64,000 nucleotides of DNA from Candidatus Poribacteria bacterium (GTDB lineage: Bacteria > Poribacteria > WGA-4E > WGA-3G), in assembly GCA_965205015.1 (NCBI GenBank), contig OZ242029.1, positions 4,256,001 to 4,320,000 on the forward strand. The letters are read 5' to 3'. A program made the position numbers and the translations under genes. Positions 8,310 to 17,419 of the stretch are shown here, in pieces (within the stretch, counting starts at the first letter, position 1; each line of letters starts with the position of its first letter). The notes under the pieces are model-generated. The model ran no database searches. It had not been told where the DNA came from and was given only the letters and a program-made list of their open reading frames with translations.

Positions 8310-10346
8310 TTACTTTACGATTAACAGTTTGCGAGTCGCCGTGAAATCCCCTGCCGTCAGCGTATAGAAATACACACCACTCGCAACAGGTTCACCGACA
8401 CCGTTTCTGCCATCCCAATACGCCGCACGACTCTGATCGGTATAATATCCTGCGGTCTGGTGTCCGAGATCCAACCGACGGACAACGCTGCCGCGGATGT
8501 CGTAAATCGTTATCAAGACCTCCGCAGCCGTTGTCAACTGATATGGGATCCACGTTTCTGGGTTGAACGGATTTGGGTAGTTGGGCAAAAGAGACGTCTC
8601 TCTGGGTGTTAATGATACAAGGAGCTGCTGAAGCATTAGAATTCCGCGTTGAAAGGTATGATTGGTAAGGTTGACGTGCTGTGCTTCATAGAGCCATTGT
8701 TCTACCATTGTGCGTCTTGGCACTAACGCTCTATCGTCGTTTGCTATCTGAGGTGCGCTTGGCAGATTCCCGATCGCGCCAGCGACTTTAACTAAGTCTA
8801 CAATATCGACAACCCCATCGCCGTTGACATCTGCGGGGTTTTCACCCGTCTTTCCGAAGTTTGAAGCGATGAGTACCAGATCCAAGACGTTTAGTGAACC
8901 GTCCTCATTGACATCTTCAGCGATGGATGCCGGTTGAATCGTTCTGCCTTTTTCTATCGGGTCTTCTCCGACGCTACTATTTTCAACGCGAGGATAGAGA
9001 CGCTGACCCTCCAAATCAACAAGAGAGGCTTGGGATAGGAAAAAACCCGATGCTCTGCTATCAACGACCTGAAATGTGATTCTCGCAAGCGTGCCGTCAC
9101 CGGTGGTGTCCTTTGCCCCTGCTGCTGCCAAGGTTACATAACTTTTTTCAACAACGGGTGCTGCAAAGAACACTCCATCAGGTAGATACTCACCGTTAGC
9201 ACTTGAAAAATAGATGAGCGTATTCGGGTCAAAGACGACAATTGCTTCATAGCCAGCTACATTTTCTCCACCTGAAATGTTCAGAGAGACGGTAAGTTGT
9301 TCCCCAATACCAAGTGCTTCCGTTGAGATAGGAGAGAGACTCAAAGTCGCAGGCGTAGTGGCAGAGACTGTCAGGTCCCATAGGGTGATCGTGTTATCCC
9401 CGCGCCGGTCTATACCACTTGCCAACGTCCGACCATCGGGCGAAAAGGCTATACTCAAGACCTTATCCGTATGCCCTGTGAGGATGGCTTTAATCTCTCC
9501 TGATGCGACATCCCATAAACGCACCGTTTTATCATAACTCCCACTTGCCAACGTCCGACCATCGGGCGAAAACGCTACACTCGTAACACCCTCTGAATGC
9601 CCTGTGAGCGTTGTTTTACGTTCCTCGGATGTGACATCCCATAAATGCACCGTTTCACCACTACTACTTGCGAGCGTGCTACCATTGGGAGAAAATGCCA
9701 CGCCCCCACTCCATCGACCCCACGATATACTTTCTGAAAGGGTCGTTTTGAGTTCTCCCGATGCCACATCCCATAAATGTACCGTCCCAGCACCTGCACC
9801 ACTTGCCAGTGTCCGATCATCAGGCGAAAACGCTACACTATGAACCCCCTCCGAATGCCCTATGAGGATAGATTTAATCTGACCTGATGCCGCATCCCAT
9901 AAACGCACCGTTTTATCATGACTCCCACTTGCCAGCGTCCGACCATCCGGAGAAAATACGACGCTGCTGAGGCTATCCGAATGCCCTGTGAGGATAGATT
10001 TAATCTGACCTGATGCCACATCCCATAAACGTATCTTTTTATCTTCACCTCCCATGGCAAGCGTCCGACCATCGGGCGAAAATGCGACACTATTGATCGC
10101 ATCCGTATCCTCTGTGAGCGTTGTTTTACGTCCCTCCGATGTCAGGTCCCATAAAATAGCAGTATCTCTACCGCGCCACCCACCACTGGCGAGACTTTGC
10201 GAATCGGGGCTAAAAGCTAAGCTATGGATATTACCACCCCAACGCCCCAGTTTAAGGGGGGCTTTCTGTCGTGGTGGCGAATCTGCGGCAAACGTGTTCA
10301 TCGAAAACAGCAGTAGAAGGGTCAGTAGATTTATGGTTATTTTCAT
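8310..10346 (-). CDS. Exported WD40 + cohesin-like + dockerin/EF-hand + FlgD/T9SS-like CTD protein
   Basis: Signal peptide; about 7 WD40 repeats; GDGTLARITF (cohesin-like); DVNEDG/DVNGDG..DIVDL (dockerin-like); LLPNYPNPFNPETWIPYQL...ATRKLLIVK. Confidence 0.88.
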   Translation of the reverse strand: MKITINLLTLLLLFSMNTFAADSPPRQKAPLKLGRWGGNIHSLAFSPDSQSLASGGWRGRDTAILWDLTSEGRKTTLTEDTDAINSVAFSPDGRTLAMGGEDKKIRLWDVASGQIKSILTGHSDSLSSVVFSPDGRTLASGSHDKTVRLWDAASGQIKSILIGHSEGVHSVAFSPDDRTLASGAGAGTVHLWDVASGELKTTLSESISWGRWSGGVAFSPNGSTLASSSGETVHLWDVTSEERKTTLTGHSEGVTSVAFSPDGRTLASGSYDKTVRLWDVASGEIKAILTGHTDKVLSIAFSPDGRTLASGIDRRGDNTITLWDLTVSATTPATLSLSPISTEALGIGEQLTVSLNISGGENVAGYEAIVVFDPNTLIYFSSANGEYLPDGVFFAAPVVEKSYVTLAAAGAKDTTGDGTLARITFQVVDSRASGFFLSQASLVDLEGQRLYPRVENSSVGEDPIEKGRTIQPASIAEDVNEDGSLNVLDLVLIASNFGKTGENPADVNGDGVVDIVDLVKVAGAIGNLPSAPQIANDDRALVPRRTMVEQWLYEAQHVNLTNHTFQRGILMLQQLLVSLTPRETSLLPNYPNPFNPETWIPYQLTTAAEVLITIYDIRGSVVRRLDLGHQTAGYYTDQSRAAYWDGRNGVGEPVASGVYFYTLTAGDFTATRKLLIVK

Positions 10347-10457
10347 GCTAAAGTCTTCCTTTTTTGAAAATGAAATAAAAATCAAACAATGCTATAGCAT
10401 TCTCAATGCTATCCGTTTGCGAGAAACCCCCGCTGTCTGCTGGATCCGCGCGGGGGG

Positions 10458-10778
10458 TTATGTGCGAGATGTAAGCCAGTCCTCTACTTCCGCTATGAGT
10501 TTTGCCATGTCTGCTTCCAATACGCCGAATTTCTTTGCGAGTGCTATAGGCATCTCGCGACACGGGTACGTCTCTATCCACCTTTTGAGTTGCGCCCGAG
10601 ATCGGGTCGTGCGCATCAGATTTGCAATCGTCTCCATATATTCAGGGTCCTCTATCGCGGCACGCACCTCAGCTGCACTTAGGTCCAGATGTGATCCTAA
10701 GTTTTCTATTTCTTTCTTGTGAAACCACTGACGCATGGCAAGAATTTGAGGCACTCTGAAGGAGGGTTGCGTTTTCAT
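10458..10778 (-). CDS. Hypothetical protein, possibly helical DNA-binding
   Basis: AAGGAG RBS before ATG 10778, 17 nt after the HNH gene stop. Confidence 0.6.
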   Translation of the reverse strand: MKTQPSFRVPQILAMRQWFHKKEIENLGSHLDLSAAEVRAAIEDPEYMETIANLMRTTRSRAQLKRWIETYPCREMPIALAKKFGVLEADMAKLIAEVEDWLTSRT

Positions 10779-10795
10779 AAGAATCTCCTTGCTTT

Positions 10796-11677
10796 TCATC
10801 TCAGCAATTTCAAGACATGCGGTCGGAACACTTCGTGTAATTTCATGAGTCTCTCGTGCAACCATGAAAACTCTTGATCGGTGTTAGCCCTGTCTACATG
10901 TCCCACGGTGTTATTGGCGAATCCAATTCGGTCTCTTCTTTCATCCTCCCATATTAATTCGCCAAGATTGTTCCCAACGTCTCTTTCAATACTACTCTTC
11001 TGTTCTTCCAATTGATCGTAATGTGTTGAGGTCTTCATGCAGAGGTTCGCTTGTAGTTTCTCATTATCTCTATACGCTACGAGCCAAACAGCACCCTCTT
11101 TATGTCTGTCCTCAGATTTAAGGGTTTTTCCATCAATCTGGATACCATAAATGGAAGGTAAATCGGGTTCAGGAAACAACTGTAGTTCTTTCTCATTTTC
11201 CACGTAAGTTTTGAATTGATCCCAATACGTTTTCCCCAAGGGATCATTAGCAGCCGGTTGTGTAGAAGGTTGTCGATAGGGTTTATGCTCCCTTTTGTGA
11301 CATTCCTGGCATAACGCGACCAAGTCAGAAAGGGGTTCTTTCCCAATATTTTTATAGGTTTTATGATGCGCCTCAGTCGCCTTAGCACCACAGACACATT
11401 GCCCCCCATCGCGTTGTTTGACTGCGTCTCGCTTCGTCTCCCATGCAGGCGAGTCGAGATATTCTTTATAAGTTCCGCAGTTATTATCCGGGTCCAGTAC
11501 CTTGAGTAAGCAGTGCCAGACCTCCGCACGAAAGATAGAAGCCTCTGAAAACTTCGGGTAAAGAGCAACTGCTTCGTTGAGCAGTTCTATAGCGCGCTTA
11601 CAGTCCCCCATTGAGGGGTTCTGAAATAAACTCACAGCCGCGGCATAGTAGTTCCTTGCTCTCATTTTATTATCCAT
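10796..11677 (-). CDS. HNH endonuclease with N-terminal TPR-like helices and DUF4268-like C-terminal domain
   Basis: YLDSPAW..KR....RDGGQCVCG...HHKTY...LVALCQECH (HNH); C-terminal IE..LG.LIWE...RI...WL...F.P pattern recalls DUF4268. Confidence 0.75.
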   Translation of the reverse strand: MDNKMRARNYYAAAVSLFQNPSMGDCKRAIELLNEAVALYPKFSEASIFRAEVWHCLLKVLDPDNNCGTYKEYLDSPAWETKRDAVKQRDGGQCVCGAKATEAHHKTYKNIGKEPLSDLVALCQECHKREHKPYRQPSTQPAANDPLGKTYWDQFKTYVENEKELQLFPEPDLPSIYGIQIDGKTLKSEDRHKEGAVWLVAYRDNEKLQANLCMKTSTHYDQLEEQKSSIERDVGNNLGELIWEDERRDRIGFANNTVGHVDRANTDQEFSWLHERLMKLHEVFRPHVLKLLR

Positions 11678-11836
11678 TGGAACGCCTTTCTTTTTGACCC
11701 CTTGTGATTGTGGAGTGTTGCGTTTTACTTGCGTATCAATAACTTCCGTGTGGCTCTGAAATCCCCTGCCGTCAGCGTGTAGAAATAGACACCACTTGCT
11801 ACTGGCTCTCCTAAACTATTTCTGCCGTCCCAGTAG
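11660..11836. repeat. 177-bp direct repeat, copy 1
   Basis: 170/177 identical to 14407-14583 by manual alignment; offset 2747 bp. Confidence 0.95.
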
Positions 11837-14424
11837 GCGGCGCGACTGCGGCTTTCATAGATGCCCGCAGGCTGGTGTCCAAGGTGTAGATGCCGAACCG
11901 TTCTGCCGCGGACCTCATAGATATGCAAGGTGACTGCGCTCGGTTCAGCAAGTTGGTAAGGGATCCACGTTTCGGGATTGAACGGGTTTGGATAGTTCGC
12001 GAGTAAAACCGTCTCATCGGGACGGACTTCTGCCAGTGTCGGCGCAGCAGGAACATCTCCGACCTCAAAACGGACAATCTCTGTGAAATCATGTCGCTGT
12101 GTATTTCCTGCTTTATCAAATACAGTCATCTCAGCGAGTCCCCATATACCTGGAGCACTACCGACAGGTAAAACGATTCGCTGGTGATATTCCTTAAAAA
12201 GAGCAGGGTTACCGGCAAAATACAGCCCACCGTCTCCGTCTGGATAGTGAAAAAAACCGTGCATAAGCCCCTGTGGATCTCTTAAATTCAGGCGGCTTAT
12301 GTCATAACCGCTGATGTTATCTTTAATCCTAAAGGAAATATCAACGATTGTTTCACCATTGGGTGCCTCTGGTATCGTCGGTTCGGCTTTAATCGCGATA
12401 CGGTTAACATCCAATACGGGTGGCTCAAGGTCGGGTGTCTTTGTTTTTACCTCAATCGTTTTGGGTGCCTCGTCTCTGTTGTCCTCTGTAAAATAAACAC
12501 GGGATTTATTCAAAGCAATATCTGACATGGTAATAAAATCAAGGCTGTAAATACCACTTGGCATATATTCAGCTAACGGAAATCTCACGACGACTCTCTC
12601 TGATTCACTATCATAGCCACCATATTCAAACTGTCTGTTATGTATTATTGAAGGCGTCTCCCTCAAATCATCATTTAAAAACGCAGAAACCCATTCTATA
12701 CCTGTTTTTTCTATCACCTGCCAACTGGCTGTAACGATCTGATAAGGTTTCCCGTCAGATGTAATCGCTCTGGACAATGAAAGTATCATTGAGTTCGGAA
12801 CATATTTCGGTGCCTCACAATCGGAAAGCGGATTATTGACATAGAGTTTCCAACCATAGTCAATTTGAGATCCATGGCGTTCATCGCCATGGACATCCCA
12901 TATCCTAATTGCGTCAGGACGCCAATATCCTTCCGCGGCATATTTTGAGAGCGTTGCTTCTCCACGCAATATGTGTCCAGCAGCGACAGGTGTACCATTG
13001 GCATCAACCGGGGTCATCCACGCAACATCAAAAAACGTGTCTTTATCCGAAAAGACTCGGATATATGCGCCTGTTGCAGCGTCGAGGTCGTTCTCACCAT
13101 GAATCTCAATTTCCACCGTTATCTGCTTATCTGCTTCAGGTGCCCCCTCAACGCGTATGTCAATGCGTATAATCCGTCCCGGATAGACATAATCGGGCCA
13201 GAGGTTGTAGACCTCAAAGGTTAAGTCTTCGCGGATCTTTGAGATATAGCGGGTGCCGTGCATGACTCGGTTTTGAATGAACTCATATTTCGCAGGCGAT
13301 CGCGATCGGAGTTTGTCGGGGCGGACGATGTAGTAGCTGATGCTCTCTGCCATATCCTCATTCGGATTCACACCGTGGGCATAAGCAGAGGCGAACTCAA
13401 CCTGTTTGGTAGTTGACCAGCCATCTTTATCGTCCGGATTTTCAAACCAACCGCCAAGTTCGATCCAATCCTGTTTCAGTTGTTCATCAAAGAGGTATTC
13501 CCATAAGAAGTGTGCTTTTTCATGAAGGATCAAACGGTGAATAGCGTCGGCTCCCTGCCCCTTAAAAGCAGATTCCATAAACTCAATATAGCCCGCGCCC
13601 GGCCACGCGACCGCGGGTGCCCTGGGATGTGTGGGATGGGGGGTGCCATCTAAACGCCGAACAAGATATTTCAGCCCTGGTATTTTTAGCATTCCCGAAG
13701 GATACTCCTCTAACATCGAGACGAGCGCGATAAGTTCTTCGTTCTTGAATTCGGAGAAACGTCCTGCAGGTTCACCTGTCAATTCGGTATAGTCCGGGAT
13801 ATTCACACTAACGGCATAACGCTCTTGTAAGATCCGTTCAAGGGCGTATCTATCGGCACCGTTGTCGGTGACAAAACGAACCACCCCCCGATGAAGCCGT
13901 TTGGAGAAATACCGACCCCGAACGCCTTCAATTTCAGCTAACAGTGGTGTGGCATGCACAAAGGCTGCCGTGGCAATCGTGACGATCCGATTCCCGCCTC
14001 GATATTCTACTGAAATATCATCTTGTATGTGCCGATCACTTAACCGCCACAAAGACGATTCCACTGACGGAGCATCCGAAAGCGGGTTGTTTATCACCTG
14101 TGGGATAGATTCAAACGTCTGGAGCAACCGATACGCAAGCCCTGGACTCCATTCAGTACCCAGATGCACCGAATACTTCCGTAGTAACGCCAACGACGCA
14201 CTATGAGACGCAACTTCTACCGGCTCGTCGAGGAATGTCACCTCTACTGGCGCAACAGGCGTCGCACTTTCCTGTCCCTCTGGCGTTTCGTCAAGTTCCC
14301 AGTGATACGTCCATAGATTTGGAGACTTGGTTTCTTGTTCTTCCGCAGACAGAAGCAACGTTGTAAGTGAAAATATCAGACACAGCATCATCTGTATGAT
14401 TCTATTTCTCATCTTATTATCCAT
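11725..14424 (-). CDS. Exported zinc metallopeptidase (HExxH...E) with FlgD/T9SS-like CTD, paralog B
   Basis: ILHEKAHFLW and YAHGVNPNEDMAES; signal peptide; YPNPFNPETWIPYQL CTD. Confidence 0.8.
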   Translation of the reverse strand: MDNKMRNRIIQMMLCLIFSLTTLLLSAEEQETKSPNLWTYHWELDETPEGQESATPVAPVEVTFLDEPVEVASHSASLALLRKYSVHLGTEWSPGLAYRLLQTFESIPQVINNPLSDAPSVESSLWRLSDRHIQDDISVEYRGGNRIVTIATAAFVHATPLLAEIEGVRGRYFSKRLHRGVVRFVTDNGADRYALERILQERYAVSVNIPDYTELTGEPAGRFSEFKNEELIALVSMLEEYPSGMLKIPGLKYLVRRLDGTPHPTHPRAPAVAWPGAGYIEFMESAFKGQGADAIHRLILHEKAHFLWEYLFDEQLKQDWIELGGWFENPDDKDGWSTTKQVEFASAYAHGVNPNEDMAESISYYIVRPDKLRSRSPAKYEFIQNRVMHGTRYISKIREDLTFEVYNLWPDYVYPGRIIRIDIRVEGAPEADKQITVEIEIHGENDLDAATGAYIRVFSDKDTFFDVAWMTPVDANGTPVAAGHILRGEATLSKYAAEGYWRPDAIRIWDVHGDERHGSQIDYGWKLYVNNPLSDCEAPKYVPNSMILSLSRAITSDGKPYQIVTASWQVIEKTGIEWVSAFLNDDLRETPSIIHNRQFEYGGYDSESERVVVRFPLAEYMPSGIYSLDFITMSDIALNKSRVYFTEDNRDEAPKTIEVKTKTPDLEPPVLDVNRIAIKAEPTIPEAPNGETIVDISFRIKDNISGYDISRLNLRDPQGLMHGFFHYPDGDGGLYFAGNPALFKEYHQRIVLPVGSAPGIWGLAEMTVFDKAGNTQRHDFTEIVRFEVGDVPAAPTLAEVRPDETVLLANYPNPFNPETWIPYQLAEPSAVTLHIYEVRGRTVRHLHLGHQPAGIYESRSRAAYWDGRNSLGEPVASGVYFYTLTAGDFRATRKLLIRK

Positions 14425-14583
14425 TGGAACGCCTTTCTTTTTGACCCCCTGTGATTGTGGAGTGTTGCGTTTTACTTGCGTATCAATAACTTCCGTGTGG
14501 CTCTGAAATCCCCTGCCGTCAGCGTGTAGAAATAAACACCACTCGCAACAGGCTCCCCTAAACTATTTCTGCCGTCCCAGTAG
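14407..14583. repeat. 177-bp direct repeat, copy 2
   Basis: Matches 11660-11836. Confidence 0.95.
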
Positions 14584-17186
14584 ACCGCACGGTTTCTACC
14601 TGTATAATAGCCCGCTGACTGATGCCCAAGTGCTAAGGCGCGAACTAACATGCCTCTCGTATCGTAAATGCGAATCTGGACATCGCCGCTGTTTGCGAGT
14701 TGGTAAGGTATCCACGTCTCTGGGTTGAATGGATTCGGATAGTTTGCGAGCAGTTGTGTATCGTCAGGGAGTGAGGCAATCGTAGGTGCTGCAGGGGCCC
14801 CTTGTTCCACTTCAAAGCGGACGATCTCAGTAAAATCTGCGTTAAGTGTATTTTCCGCCTTGTCTGTTATATTCATTGCGGCAAGCCCCCAGGTGCCGGG
14901 AACGCTTCCGACTGGCAAGACAATTGTTTTATGATAGTTTTGGTAGACGGTTGGATCTCCATCAAAATAGACTTCACCCCGATCTGGGCGAGCATGCCAA
15001 AAAGGATGTGTTACACCTTGTGGATCGCGTAAATAGATGTGTGCAGAACTATATCCGCTGATATTGTCCTTAATCCTGAAAGTAATGTCTACTTGTGTTT
15101 CACCATTTGGTGCTTCTGGATGTGTTGGCTCTGCCTGAATTGTAATTTGATTTAAATCTAAAACAGATGGTGTGCTATCAGGATTTTTCGTCTGAACCTC
15201 AATTGTGTAGGGGCCTTCATCGAGAATGACGCGTTGGTTTTCTCGTAATATATCTCTTGGTGTGAAATATATCTTAAAGCCCTGTCCAGCAATATTACCG
15301 ACTCCAATGCTCGATAGTGTATATGTCCCACTTTGTCGATAGTCTGCAATAATTATATCACCAGTCACTTCACCTTTCTGCGCGAGGTCTTTTCCCTTTT
15401 CGCGCGGGTACGCAGCACCCCCACTTACAGAATAAGTTTCAGGGTTCTCATCGTTCATAGCTATACTACAACCCGTTAAAGGAACATGTGAAGGGGCGAT
15501 CCTCCAACGTACGGTCACGATCTGATAGGGTTTACCCTTTTCAGTTATTGCTTCTGATAAGGAGAGTTGGACTGAATTTTTGATATATTCTGGGGGTTTT
15601 AGGCTTTCAAGAGGATTGTTTATATAGAGTTTCCCTCCAAAATCAGTTTGTCCGTTGTGCCGCTCATTGCCATTGGCATCCTGGAGGCGCATTGCATCAA
15701 GTAGCCAATAGCCGTTTGCCGCATATCGTGATAACGTGAAATGTCCTCGAAGAATATGACCTGACTGGATACGTTGACCGTTAGTATCTACAGGCGAAAA
15801 GTGTATCCATTCAGAGTTGCCTTTTGGACCCCGAATTTGGGCACTAGCAGATTGCGCAGTGTCAAGATCACTCTCGCCGTGAATTTCGATCTCTATTGTT
15901 ATCCGCTTATCTTCTTCAGGTTCACCTTCAACCTGTATATCTACGCGTATAACCCGTCCCGGATATACGTAGTCAGGGTAGAGGTTGTAAACTTCAAAGG
16001 TTAAGTCCTCGCGTATCTTTGAAATATACCGTGTGCCGTGCATCACTCGGTTCTGGATAAACTCATATTTGGCAGGCGAACGCGAACGCAGTTTGTCAGG
16101 TCTCACAATATAAAAACTGATGCTCTCCGCCATGTCCTCATTCGGATTTATACCATGGGCATACGCGGAAACAAATTCAACCTGTTTCGTCGTTGACCAG
16201 CCATCGGGATCATCAGGGTTTTCAAACCAACCCCCAAGTTCAATCCAATCCTGCTTGAGCTGCTCATCAAAGAGATATTCCCATAAGAAATGTGCTTTTT
16301 CATGGAGAATCAAGCGGTGAATGTAGTCGGGACCTTGTGCTTTAAAGGCAGATTCCATAAATTCAATATAGCCTGCACCGGGCCACGCGACCGCGGGTGC
16401 AGTTGGATAAAGCGGATGCGGTGTTCCATCCAACCGCCGAACGAAATACTGCAGTCCAGGTGTTTTGAGCATACCTTGTGGAAATTCTTCAAGCATAGAC
16501 ACCAATGCCATTAATTCTTCGTTTTTGAATTCGGAAAAACGTCCCGCGTGTTCACCGGTTGTATGTTTTGTCAACTCACTGTAATCCGGGATATTTATGC
16601 TGACTGCGTATCGTTCCTGCAATATCCGTTCAAGCGCGTATCTATCGGCACCGTTGTCGGTGACAAACCGAACCACGGCATGGTGAAGACGTTTGGAGAA
16701 ATATCTGCCTCGCACGCCTTCAATTTCCGCTAATAGCGGTGTCGCATACACAAACGCCTCCTCGGCGATAGTAACAACCTGCTGTCCATCTCGGTATTCC
16801 ACCGAAATGTCATCTTGAATGTGACGGTTGTCTAATCGCCACACAGAGGGTTCCACCGCAGGACTCTCAGCATAAGGGTTGTTCGTTTCTTGCGGTATGG
16901 ATTCAAAAGTCTGGAATAACCTATACGCATGCCCTGGACTCCATTCAGTTCCTAAATAAACGGAATACTTCCGCATCAACGCTAAGGATGCACTATGGGA
17001 TACTACCTGTATGGGTTCATCAAGCAGTGTCACTTCTACAGGTTCAACGATGGTCGCACTTTCGCTGCCTTCGGGGGTTTCGTCTATTTCCCAATGATAG
17101 GTAAAAGAGGCACCTTGAGTGTCGGGATTACAAATCCCTCCTACAAGAAGGATAACTGAAATTAGGGCAAACTTGATAGTTTTCAT
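14472..17186 (-). CDS. Exported zinc metallopeptidase (HExxH...E) with FlgD/T9SS-like CTD, paralog A
   Basis: ILHEKAHFLW and YAHGINPNEDMAES; signal peptide; same CTD. Confidence 0.8.
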   Translation of the reverse strand: MKTIKFALISVILLVGGICNPDTQGASFTYHWEIDETPEGSESATIVEPVEVTLLDEPIQVVSHSASLALMRKYSVYLGTEWSPGHAYRLFQTFESIPQETNNPYAESPAVEPSVWRLDNRHIQDDISVEYRDGQQVVTIAEEAFVYATPLLAEIEGVRGRYFSKRLHHAVVRFVTDNGADRYALERILQERYAVSINIPDYSELTKHTTGEHAGRFSEFKNEELMALVSMLEEFPQGMLKTPGLQYFVRRLDGTPHPLYPTAPAVAWPGAGYIEFMESAFKAQGPDYIHRLILHEKAHFLWEYLFDEQLKQDWIELGGWFENPDDPDGWSTTKQVEFVSAYAHGINPNEDMAESISFYIVRPDKLRSRSPAKYEFIQNRVMHGTRYISKIREDLTFEVYNLYPDYVYPGRVIRVDIQVEGEPEEDKRITIEIEIHGESDLDTAQSASAQIRGPKGNSEWIHFSPVDTNGQRIQSGHILRGHFTLSRYAANGYWLLDAMRLQDANGNERHNGQTDFGGKLYINNPLESLKPPEYIKNSVQLSLSEAITEKGKPYQIVTVRWRIAPSHVPLTGCSIAMNDENPETYSVSGGAAYPREKGKDLAQKGEVTGDIIIADYRQSGTYTLSSIGVGNIAGQGFKIYFTPRDILRENQRVILDEGPYTIEVQTKNPDSTPSVLDLNQITIQAEPTHPEAPNGETQVDITFRIKDNISGYSSAHIYLRDPQGVTHPFWHARPDRGEVYFDGDPTVYQNYHKTIVLPVGSVPGTWGLAAMNITDKAENTLNADFTEIVRFEVEQGAPAAPTIASLPDDTQLLANYPNPFNPETWIPYQLANSGDVQIRIYDTRGMLVRALALGHQSAGYYTGRNRAVYWDGRNSLGEPVASGVYFYTLTAGDFRATRKLLIRK

Positions 17187-17375
17187 TGCTCTTTCTGGTC
17201 CCTTCTATAAAAATATCCAAATAACCATCGGTCTTGAGCGAGATGTTAGAATTAAGAGATATCACATTTCATTAGAAAAGTCAATCTTTTCTCGCTTCTT
17301 GAATTAAAAATGGGTAATTTTGATTGTGAGGGATGATTGGGGTCTGTAGGCACGTAGGTTGGAGATTAACGATAA

Positions 17376-17397
17376 GGCGAGGCGTGGGTGCCTCGCC
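17376..17397 (-). terminator. GC-rich hairpin downstream of pckG (terminator or REP-like)
   Basis: ggcgaggc-gtgggt-gcctcgcc 8-bp stem about 20 nt after the stop. Confidence 0.5.
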
Positions 17398-17419
17398 CTA
17401 TCATGGGAATTGATCGGTT

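Noticed and set aside
10054-10722. 222-aa plus-strand ORF
   Set aside because: Antisense to two better-supported genes; no RBS or motifs
11660-14583. DGR template/variable repeat pair: 6 of 7 mismatches are A on the coding strand of copy 1
   Set aside because: Coding mismatches are synonymous third positions, both copies are gene ends, and no reverse transcriptase is in the window
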